This document shows positions 27,679 to 35,803 of a stretch of DNA of 64,000 nt, in pieces. Numbering within the stretch: the first letter of the stretch is position 1; every line of letters begins with the position of its first letter. Source of the stretch: Planctomycetota bacterium. Its GTDB lineage: Bacteria > Planctomycetota > MHYJ01 > WSZJ01. The notes under the pieces are model-generated. The model was given only the letters and a program-made list of their open reading frames with translations. It made no database searches and was not told where the DNA came from. Location: the NCBI GenBank assembly GCA_038060895.1, contig JBBTCT010000009.1, positions 435,877 to 499,876 on the forward strand, written 5' to 3'. A program made the translations under genes and the position numbers.

Positions 27679-28590
27679 ATGAAACGAAATTCAGGCTTTA
27701 CGCTGATGGAGTTGCTGGTGGCGGTTGGCTTGATGGTGATCCTGATGACCGCCATCGTGCTGATCTTCCACCGCTCGACGGACGTCATGAAGATCCAGGG
27801 CGCGCGCATCGATATTTATGAGAATGCGCGGGCGGCCCAGGACATCTTCTGCAACGACATGCAGAACGCCATTCCTTCCTCGGGCGGCCAGCAGCGCATG
27901 TGGATCGCGAACTACGCCCGCCCTGCGTCTGCGCCAGTGCCGATCGGCAACAACACGGATGGCGCCGCGGATTACGTCGGTGTCGTCACGGTGACCACCT
28001 GTCCCGCGGGCTCCGGAGCGACCGCGACACGCGAGTTGAAGACCGTCTACGCCGAGTACTTCCTCACGAACGACGACGACGCCGAGACATCTTTCACAGG
28101 GAAGGGATACACGAAGGCCCAGCGCAGCCAGCGCAGGATTTTCGTCCTCAAGCGCCGCCTGTGGGCTCTTCCGACCCTGATCACGACGCTTCAGATTCAG
28201 CAGATTTCCGCGATTCCGATCCTGTCCACGCCGCTGACTTCGCCCACGGGTCCCCTGACGGTGACGAACAACATGACGCCTCCGGGCCCGTCGCCCGCGA
28301 CGATGACGCTGATCGAGGACGCCGACCTGTGCCACTGGATCGTGTCGTTCAACATCGAGTGTTACCACTACATCGCCGCTTCAGCCCCGGGCCCGCTCAA
28401 CCCGAAGTACTACGAGCTGAACGAGTCCGGCAATCCGTACGTTGCTGCGGTGATGCCGCTGGGCGACCTGCCGGGATCCGAGCCTGTCATTCCCCGGAAA
28501 CTGCGGATGTCGCTGCGAGTCATCGAAGGCGCCGCCGAGAGGCAGGAACGGCTTCTCCAGCGCGAAGTCTGGCTCCCGCTGGGCGGCTAG
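27679..28590 (+). CDS. Prepilin, cassette B gene 5 (GspJ/PilW-like)
   Basis: G|FTLMELLVAVGL; C-terminus EPVIPRKLRMSLRVIEG...ERLLQREVWLP. Confidence 0.9.
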   Translation: MKRNSGFTLMELLVAVGLMVILMTAIVLIFHRSTDVMKIQGARIDIYENARAAQDIFCNDMQNAIPSSGGQQRMWIANYARPASAPVPIGNNTDGAADYVGVVTVTTCPAGSGATATRELKTVYAEYFLTNDDDAETSFTGKGYTKAQRSQRRIFVLKRRLWALPTLITTLQIQQISAIPILSTPLTSPTGPLTVTNNMTPPGPSPATMTLIEDADLCHWIVSFNIECYHYIAASAPGPLNPKYYELNESGNPYVAAVMPLGDLPGSEPVIPRKLRMSLRVIEGAAERQERLLQREVWLPLGG

Positions 28591-28608
28591 CACAAAAGCG
28601 TCATAACG

Positions 28609-28640
28609 ACCCCGGGGGCGGTTCCCCGGGGTTTTTTTTT
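28609..28640 (+). terminator. Rho-independent terminator after the pilin locus
   Basis: ACCCCGGGGG-CGGT-TCCCCGGGGT followed by a T run. Confidence 0.9.
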
Positions 28641-28720
28641 CGGCCCTGCCGCGCTTCCCATGGCGGACGAAGAAGCGTAAAATGTCCGCTTCCACGCACG
28701 CTGACTCCCGGAGAAGCGCC

Positions 28721-31588
28721 ATGTCCGAAGCCCAGACCGGCCCTGCCCTTGACCCCGAGAAGATGGTGGGCCAGGAGATCGGGGGCTGCAAGATTGTCGC
28801 GAAGATCGCGACGGGCGGCATGGGCACGGTCTACAAGGCGCACCAGGTTTCGATGAGCCGCCAGGTGGCGATCAAGTGCCTTGCGGAGGATTTTGCGAAG
28901 GACCAGCAGTACGTGACGCGGTTTGTGAGGGAAGCGCGGGCGGCGGGCGAGCTGAATCACACGAACCTTATTCACGTGCATGACGTGGGCATTTACCACG
29001 GCGTGTATTACTACATCATGGAGTTTGTGGACGGGCAGAGCCTGGACCGGGTGCTTCGGATCAAGGAGCGGCTGGGGCCGGAGACGGTGGTGGAGATCCT
29101 TCTGCAGTCCGCGAAGGCGCTTTCGTATGCGCACGGGCACGACATCATTCACCGGGACATCAAGCCCGACAACCTGATGATCACGAAGGAAGGCACGGTC
29201 AAGATTGCCGATCTGGGGATTGCGAAGAAGGTTGACCGGACGAGGGAATCGACGGATGCGGGGCTGGTGCTGGGCACGCCGAACTACATGGCGCCCGAGC
29301 AGGCGACGGATGCGGCGCTGACGGACAGGCGGAGCGACGTGTATGCGCTGGGCTCAACGGTTTACCACATGCTTTCGGGCAGGCCTCCCTACACGGGAAA
29401 GAACGCGCTTGAGATTCTGACGAGCGTGGTGAAGCGAAAGCCCGAGCCGATCGAGAAATTGCGACCGGACCTGCCGAAGCATCTGCTTCAGATCATTAAC
29501 AAGATGATGGCGCGGGATCCGGAGCGGCGGTACCAGTCGATGGACGAGCTGGTCAAGGACGTCGAGATGTACAAGTCCGGCAAGTACAAGTCGGAGAAGC
29601 CCTCGACCCGGGGTGCGACCTGGGAAGACGAGGACGACGATGCCCCGAAGACCAAAGTTGCGATCGAGATGGCCTCGACGCAGGAAGAGGAGGCTCGGCA
29701 GTCCGCGGCGGGGCAGCCGCCGGGTGTGCAGGCCACGGGGCCTTCTTCGGTCGACAACATCAAGCTGTCGGGCACGCGCGTAGCGCCGAACCCGGCGCTG
29801 GGGACGGTGGACCTGATCGGCGCGAAGGCGATCGGCGCCATCAACGCGAAGAAGAAGAGCAAGATGATCCCGATCATCACGCTGGTCGGGGGGCTTGCGA
29901 TTGCGGCGATCGGGTGGAAGATCGTGAAAAACCTGACGGCTCCCCCGAAGAAGGAGCCGCCGAAGCCGAGCATCAACACGGACATCAAGGACAGCGGCAT
30001 TCCGCGCGCTGCGGGAGAAGCAGAGGCCAAGGAGCTGTTCGCGGAGGCCGAAAAGCAGGAGCGGCGTCCCGGGTTGCCGCGATTGGACGTCATCAAGGCC
30101 TACCAGCAGGTGGTGGATCAATACCCCGATACCGTCGCGGGTCACAATGCGGGCAAGGCTGTTGATCGTCTGGAGGGCGAATGGCAGGAGGCGGTGGGGG
30201 TGCCCCTGGTCAAGGGGCGGAAGCTGATGTCCGAGATGGGACCGGTGGCAGATTTCACGCCCGTGCGGGACGCGCTCTCCAGGGCGAGGTCCGAGGCCCA
30301 GGGGCGGGCAGAACTGGTCGAGCGGGTCAAGGCGGCGGAGAAAGAATGTGAAGACGGCGCGCGCGACCGGCAGCAGAAGATCCTTCAGGACGCGCGCGAG
30401 AAGGCCCGGCAGGGGCGGTGGGAAGACGCCATTGAGGAAGGGAAGAAGGTTTTCGTTCTGAGGTACGAGAAATTCGACGACGAAGCGGTGAGGGAAATCG
30501 GCATCTGGCGCGGCAAGTGGCGCGAAGTCCACGACGAGGCGCTCAAGGGCCTCGATGCGACGATTGAGCGGGCGAAGGAGAAATTCCGCGGCAGCGAGGA
30601 CCCGAAGGTCGAGATGGAGCCAGGGCGCGCTGCGGAGATGATTGCCAACGCTGCCAAGGACCCGAAGAACCTGGCCATCAAGAAGGTGGCCGACCACCTT
30701 GCCGCGATCTTTGCCGACGCTTCGGCCGTGACGGATGCGGCATGGGCGCAGGTCGATGCGATGAAGGGGCAGCGGTACAAGTTCAGCAAAGAAGCGTACC
30801 CGAACAACCAGCCCGTCGAAATCGTCGCCGCGGAACGGCCCATCGTGCGGGTGAAGTTCGGAGCGCAGGTCATCAAGACGAAGGCGCTGACCCACGAAGA
30901 CATGTGGACGCTCGCGAGAATGTCGCTGGATGCGAACGATGCCGGGAAGACGAAACTCGCCGCCTACCTGTTCGCGCGCGGGAACACGGCGGAGGCGATC
31001 AAGCTTGCGGCGGGAACCGGAGGGCAGGCCGCGGCCGACCTGCGTGCGCGGCTGGAGGATCTACAGATCCGCCTGAAGGAGCTGAAAACCAGGCCGCTGG
31101 ACCTCATTCGCCACAGCGGCGGGAACTGGAACGAGCAGACGCAGAAGGGCGGCTGGACGCCGCGCGAGGGAGGGGCGGAAATTGACGGCTCGGGCGACCA
31201 GGGCGAGAGGATCCTCTCGAAATCGCTGGAGTCCAACTACATCTTCGAGGTCGAGGCGCGGAAAGAACTCGGCCCCAACGGCTTCGTCGTCTACTTCAAG
31301 GCGCTCGGAGTGTCCTACCAGTGGCACGTCGGGGACGGCGGCAACAAGTTCTCCGTGGTCCGCGGTCTTCCCTCGACTCAGTCAGCCGACGTCTTGAGCC
31401 CGGGCGACCCTCTCCTGGTCCGCGTCGTCGTCCTCGACGACAAGGCCATCGGCTACGTGAACGGCGAGCGCCGATGGGAGATCACACGCTCGACTCCCGG
31501 CAACGCCACCGGCGCGCCTGGCACAGGCCTTGGTGTGTTCCACACCCTCGTCCGCTTCAGGAAGATCCTCATCTGGGACATCAAGTAG
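28721..31588 (+). CDS. Membrane Ser/Thr protein kinase with helical extracytoplasmic region and C-terminal beta-sandwich
   Basis: GGMGTVYKA, VAIK, HRDIKPDN, DLGIA, GTPNYMAPE; TM segment IPIITLVGGLAIAAIGW; start 28721 has a GGAG RBS, while ATG 28682 lies in a TAAAAT -10-like box. Confidence 0.92.
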   Translation: MSEAQTGPALDPEKMVGQEIGGCKIVAKIATGGMGTVYKAHQVSMSRQVAIKCLAEDFAKDQQYVTRFVREARAAGELNHTNLIHVHDVGIYHGVYYYIMEFVDGQSLDRVLRIKERLGPETVVEILLQSAKALSYAHGHDIIHRDIKPDNLMITKEGTVKIADLGIAKKVDRTRESTDAGLVLGTPNYMAPEQATDAALTDRRSDVYALGSTVYHMLSGRPPYTGKNALEILTSVVKRKPEPIEKLRPDLPKHLLQIINKMMARDPERRYQSMDELVKDVEMYKSGKYKSEKPSTRGATWEDEDDDAPKTKVAIEMASTQEEEARQSAAGQPPGVQATGPSSVDNIKLSGTRVAPNPALGTVDLIGAKAIGAINAKKKSKMIPIITLVGGLAIAAIGWKIVKNLTAPPKKEPPKPSINTDIKDSGIPRAAGEAEAKELFAEAEKQERRPGLPRLDVIKAYQQVVDQYPDTVAGHNAGKAVDRLEGEWQEAVGVPLVKGRKLMSEMGPVADFTPVRDALSRARSEAQGRAELVERVKAAEKECEDGARDRQQKILQDAREKARQGRWEDAIEEGKKVFVLRYEKFDDEAVREIGIWRGKWREVHDEALKGLDATIERAKEKFRGSEDPKVEMEPGRAAEMIANAAKDPKNLAIKKVADHLAAIFADASAVTDAAWAQVDAMKGQRYKFSKEAYPNNQPVEIVAAERPIVRVKFGAQVIKTKALTHEDMWTLARMSLDANDAGKTKLAAYLFARGNTAEAIKLAAGTGGQAAADLRARLEDLQIRLKELKTRPLDLIRHSGGNWNEQTQKGGWTPREGGAEIDGSGDQGERILSKSLESNYIFEVEARKELGPNGFVVYFKALGVSYQWHVGDGGNKFSVVRGLPSTQSADVLSPGDPLLVRVVVLDDKAIGYVNGERRWEITRSTPGNATGAPGTGLGVFHTLVRFRKILIWDIK

Positions 31589-31598
31589 GGGAGGCGCC

Positions 31599-32345
31599 GT
31601 GAGCGGCCGGGGCGCGGTCTTCATCAGCGACCTGCACCTGAGCGAACGGCACCCGGGGAGAAGCGCGCTCTTTTTTCGCTTCCTCGAGGAGCGCGCGGCG
31701 GGCATCGGCACGCTCTGGATTCTCGGAGATTTCTTCGATTTCTGGATCGGCCCGGCGCACGTGCGCCTCGGCGAGCACCGCGAAACGCTTCTCAAACTCA
31801 GGGCCCTCGCCGATGCGGGGACCGAAGTGAAATTTATCTGGGGGAACCGGGACTTCCAGGTCGGGGAGGAGTTGTCGAAGTTTGCGGGGGTTGAGGTCCT
31901 TGGGGAGTCGTGCGAGCGAACCTTCGGAGCGCACCGGACGCTCCTGATCCATGGTGACTCCTTCTGCTCGCGCGACCGGGGCCACCAGGTGTTCCGGGCT
32001 ATCTCGCGCAACCGCGTCGTCAAGGCGCTCTACAAAGCGCTTCCCAGCGCCGTCAGCCTTGGTCTTGCAAAGCGGGTGCGTGCGCGGAGCGAGGCGGGAG
32101 TAGCGCGCAAGACCGCGCGGACCATGAGTTTTGCGGAAGAGGCGATCCGCGAAGCCTTTGGCCGGGGTGTGGACACGATCGTCTGTGGGCACTGCCACGA
32201 GGCGCGCGAAGAGGACTTCGAGCTGGGGGGCAGAAGAGGGCGCCTTTACACGCTGGGTGCGTGGGAGGAGGAGGCTCGGTACCTGGAGTTCTCGGAAGGG
32301 GAGTTCCGGCCCAGGGTGTTTCCGGAACCGGTGAAGGGCGCGTGA
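31599..32345 (+). CDS. lpxH: UDP-2,3-diacylglucosamine hydrolase (metallophosphoesterase)
   Basis: FISDLHL; ILGDFFDFW; GNRDF; LIHGD; CGHCH; LGAW. Confidence 0.85.
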   Translation: MSGRGAVFISDLHLSERHPGRSALFFRFLEERAAGIGTLWILGDFFDFWIGPAHVRLGEHRETLLKLRALADAGTEVKFIWGNRDFQVGEELSKFAGVEVLGESCERTFGAHRTLLIHGDSFCSRDRGHQVFRAISRNRVVKALYKALPSAVSLGLAKRVRARSEAGVARKTARTMSFAEEAIREAFGRGVDTIVCGHCHEAREEDFELGGRRGRLYTLGAWEEEARYLEFSEGEFRPRVFPEPVKGA

Positions 32346-32409
32346 CGCGGGGACCGGGGCGGCATCCAACGGTCAGGCGTGAGGGGACTGGGAACTCTGC
32401 GGAGGGAAG

Positions 32410-33462
32410 ATGAGCATCGACATGGTCCAGGTCTTTCGCGCGGCGGTGGGCGGGCGTGCCAGCGACGTCGTGATCACGGCCGGGTCGCCGCCGATTTTCC
32501 GGGTGAACGGCGAGGTTGTGTTCGGTCAGACGTCGCCGCTGGACGCGGAGCAGACCAGGAAACTCATCTACGATATTCTGCGGCCCGAGCAGATCGCGCG
32601 CTTTGAAAGGGAGAAGGAACTCGACTTCTCCCTGACGGTCGAGGACGTGCACCGCTTCCGCGGGAACGTCTTCCAGCAGCGCGGATACGTCGGCGCGGCG
32701 TTCCGCCTGATTCCCGACAGGATCCCGGTCCTGAAGGAACTGGGGCTGCCGAAAGTCATCGAGGAGTTCGGCCTGTCGCCGATGGGGCTTTTTCTCATTT
32801 CAGGGCCGACGGGGCACGGAAAGAGCACGACGCTCGCCGCGATCATCAACCTGATCAACGAGCAGAAAAAGACGCACATCGTGACGATCGAGGATCCGAT
32901 CGAATTCATTCACCGGAACAAGAAGAGCGTCATCGAGCAGCGCGAGGTCGGAGACGACACGCACTCGTTCGCCGCGGCGCTCAAGCACGTCCTGCGCCAG
33001 GCGCCGGACGTGATCCTGGTCGGAGAAATGCGTGATCCCGAGAGCATCTCGGCGGCGATCACGGCCGCCGAAACCGGGCACCTCGTGCTGGCGACCCTCC
33101 ATACGAACGACGCGGTGCAGGCCATCGACCGGCTGATCGACGTTTTCCCGAGCCACCAGCAGTCGCAGATCCGCGCCCAACTCTCCATGTCTCTCCTGGC
33201 CGTCGTCGCACAGCGGCTCATCCGGACGACGGACGGCAAGGGCCGCGTCGTTGCGTGCGAAGTCCTCAAGAACAACGCCGCGATCGCGAACCTCGTGCGC
33301 GACGGCAAAACGCACCAGATCTACACCGTTATGGAAACCCACGCGCGCGAGGGAATGGTGACCCTCGACGCTTCGCTCAAGGAGCTCTACCTGACCGGGC
33401 AGATTTCGTTCGAGGAAGCGCGCCGGCGGATGCGAAATCCCGCCATTCTCGAGAAAGCGTAA
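32410..33462 (+). CDS. pilT: Type IV pilus retraction ATPase (PilT/PilU family)
   Basis: GPTGHGKSTTLA; TIEDPIEF; QREVG; LRQAPDVILVGEMRD; AETGHLVLATLHT; AIANLVRDGK. Confidence 0.9.
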   Translation: MSIDMVQVFRAAVGGRASDVVITAGSPPIFRVNGEVVFGQTSPLDAEQTRKLIYDILRPEQIARFEREKELDFSLTVEDVHRFRGNVFQQRGYVGAAFRLIPDRIPVLKELGLPKVIEEFGLSPMGLFLISGPTGHGKSTTLAAIINLINEQKKTHIVTIEDPIEFIHRNKKSVIEQREVGDDTHSFAAALKHVLRQAPDVILVGEMRDPESISAAITAAETGHLVLATLHTNDAVQAIDRLIDVFPSHQQSQIRAQLSMSLLAVVAQRLIRTTDGKGRVVACEVLKNNAAIANLVRDGKTHQIYTVMETHAREGMVTLDASLKELYLTGQISFEEARRRMRNPAILEKA

Positions 33463-33465
33463 AGC

Positions 33466-34137
33466 ATGGCCGGAACGATCTTCCTTGTTTTTGCCGGAGT
33501 TCTCCTCTACGGCGGCGGAATTGCGACTTCATGGATCACGCTTCGCACTGAATTCCTGCGTGACGACGGCCGCTTCCACTCCGCCGCCATCACCTACGGG
33601 GTACTGGCCGGGGCGCTTTTTAACTACGCCATGGGTCCCGGCTGGGAAGCGGTGATCGCGGTGCTTCCCGCCGGTTTTCTCTATGGCATCCCCGTCGGTT
33701 ATTTCTTTGCCGTGTGGGTCATGCGCATGAAGACGATGGCGGTCGGGGACCACAAGTTGAAGGTCGAGCCGACGTTCGACCAGGCTGAAGCGGCGGAGCG
33801 GCGCGGCGACATGGAGGCGGCGCTGAGGCTTTACCGGGCGGCGGCGCAGGGCCAGCCCGGGCATGCAGAAACGCGGCGGCGGCTGGGGGAGGCGTACCTC
33901 AAGTCGGGGGACGCGGACCAGGCGATTGCCGAGATGCGCGCGGCGCTGGGATTGGTTGAGGATCCCGAGAAGAAGATGGCGCTCGCGTTCCGGGTGACGG
34001 ACCTGATGATGGAGAAGAAGAACGACACATTCAATGCAGGCCTGATTCTGCAGGAACTGGAACGGGACTATCAAGGCACCCGGGTGGCGGAGCTGGCGAA
34101 GGCGAGGCGCGCAAGGCTTGGCGGCGGACTTGTCTAG
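33466..34137 (+). CDS. Membrane protein with C-terminal TPR
   Basis: Three hydrophobic helices followed by TPR-like repeats. Confidence 0.75.
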   Translation: MAGTIFLVFAGVLLYGGGIATSWITLRTEFLRDDGRFHSAAITYGVLAGALFNYAMGPGWEAVIAVLPAGFLYGIPVGYFFAVWVMRMKTMAVGDHKLKVEPTFDQAEAAERRGDMEAALRLYRAAAQGQPGHAETRRRLGEAYLKSGDADQAIAEMRAALGLVEDPEKKMALAFRVTDLMMEKKNDTFNAGLILQELERDYQGTRVAELAKARRARLGGGLV

Positions 34138-35213
34138 CGTTGCACCTGCCGCGCCGCCACGGCGCGCAGTTTGTCGAGCACCGCTCGGATCGCCATCGCT
34201 GCCTGGGGCTCCTTTTCTTCGGACGCCCAGCGGGCGAACGCGCCAAGGTCCCCTGCGGCCAGGCGCTCTTCGAGGTCAGGCACGGACTTACGCTCCTCGT
34301 CGAATACCCCCATCCACCAGTAGCGGTACGACGACGGCCACCCCGTGCGCTTCATGAGGGCCACCATCAGCGGCACTCGCTTCCCGCGCGGGGCGGCGTT
34401 GACGGTTCCCCAGATCCGGTCGCGTTCGGCCGGTAGCAGGTCGTAAAGCGTGGGGAACGCGCCTCCTGCGGCGGCGGCATTCGCCGGGTTCGTGGCCCAG
34501 GCGAGCGCGAACGGTTTCCATGCCGGGTCGCTGTCGAGGACGTTGGAAATGACGAGGGCTGTCGCGACGTCCTCCGGGATCAGGGAGTCCTTCAGGGCGC
34601 GCATCAGCTCCTTCGTGCCGTCTTTCCGGTCGGCGAGGACGATGATTTCCGCCGACCGGGCGACGAGCGCGCGGCGTGGATCGCGCGCGCGATCGAATGC
34701 GGCGTCAAAGGACGGGCGCTCGCCCGCGGTGGCGAGCGCGGAAGCGGCCAGAACGGCGATGGTCCAGACCGGCTCGTTTTCCAGGTGGCGGCGGATCAGC
34801 GGAATCGAGTCGGGGCGGGGCTTGATTTCATCCGCCCCGGTCCACGCGTTCCGCTCGTCGAGCGTCGGCGCCCCGTTGATCACCAGCGCCAGGAGAACGC
34901 CCAGGCGGCCTTCCGGTGGAAGTGTCGCGAGCGCTTCTTCGACGACGGGGAGTCCGTCCGGGACCGGCGCGGCGGCTTGCGCGATGAGGAGCCGGAGTTG
35001 CGGATTGGCGGCGTAATCGGCGCTGGCCTGGCGAGGAGAGTCGGCGTAAACCGCCGTGAGTTCGCGCAGTATCGGCGCGACCGCGTGCGGCGCCGCCTTC
35101 TCGATGCGGCCCAGGATGGCCGCGGACTCGCGCCCGGGCGCCGTCGCGACCCACCAGAGGACCGTCCAGGCGGCGACGTAACCGGCGACAAGCGCAAGGA
35201 CGCGACCGTTCAT
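34134..35213 (-). CDS. Hypothetical membrane-anchored helical protein
   Basis: N-terminal TM; overlaps the purN stop; start inferred at ATG 35213. Confidence 0.65.
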   Translation of the reverse strand: MNGRVLALVAGYVAAWTVLWWVATAPGRESAAILGRIEKAAPHAVAPILRELTAVYADSPRQASADYAANPQLRLLIAQAAAPVPDGLPVVEEALATLPPEGRLGVLLALVINGAPTLDERNAWTGADEIKPRPDSIPLIRRHLENEPVWTIAVLAASALATAGERPSFDAAFDRARDPRRALVARSAEIIVLADRKDGTKELMRALKDSLIPEDVATALVISNVLDSDPAWKPFALAWATNPANAAAAGGAFPTLYDLLPAERDRIWGTVNAAPRGKRVPLMVALMKRTGWPSSYRYWWMGVFDEERKSVPDLEERLAAGDLGAFARWASEEKEPQAAMAIRAVLDKLRAVAARQVQR

Positions 35214-35803
35214 GGGCGCGCCGCCCGCGCCAGCTTCGCCAGCGCTTCCGGGTAGGCCTCGCATTCCGATTCGAAGACGCGCTTTCCGAGCGACTCCGGC
35301 GAGTCCCCGGCCAGCACGGGCACGCGCTTCTGAAGAATGGCCGCGCCATGGTCGTAGACGTCATCCACCCAGTGCACGGTGCACCCGCTTTCCTTCTCGC
35401 CCGCCGCGAGCACCGCCTTGTGGACCCGCTCGCCGTACATTCCCTTGCCGCCGAACCTGGGGAGCAGGGCCGGGTGAATGTTCACGACGCGGCCGCGCCA
35501 GTCGGGAGGAATGGAGAGGAAGTGGAGGAAACCGGCGAGGACGATGAGGTCGGGGCGGAAAGGTGAGAGGGCGGAGTGGATTGCGGCGCCGAAGGAGGCG
35601 TCATCCGGAAAGCCGGCTCGGAAGAGCTCGACGAGCGGAAAGCCGTTGCGAAGAGCGACGTCCCGACCGGCGACGCCAGTCTTCGAACTGAGCACCACGG
35701 CGACGTGGGCCGGCAGGGTACCCGCGGCGATGCGGGCAGCGAGATTCTCCAGCGTGCGGCCGGCGCCGCTGACGAGCACCGCGAGCCGCAGCGGCGCGCT
35801 CAT
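35210..35803 (-). CDS. purN: Phosphoribosylglycinamide formyltransferase
   Basis: LAVLVSGAGRTL; LAGFL; NIHPALLPRFGGKGMYG; SGCTVHWVD..YDHG. Confidence 0.95.
   Translation of the reverse strand: MSAPLRLAVLVSGAGRTLENLAARIAAGTLPAHVAVVLSSKTGVAGRDVALRNGFPLVELFRAGFPDDASFGAAIHSALSPFRPDLIVLAGFLHFLSIPPDWRGRVVNIHPALLPRFGGKGMYGERVHKAVLAAGEKESGCTVHWVDDVYDHGAAILQKRVPVLAGDSPESLGKRVFESECEAYPEALAKLARAARP

Noticed and set aside
22510-28590. Diversity-generating retroelement or shufflon acting on the pilins
   Set aside because: No reverse transcriptase or recombinase in the window; copies differ at all base types, share one orientation and show no near-identical TR/VR pair
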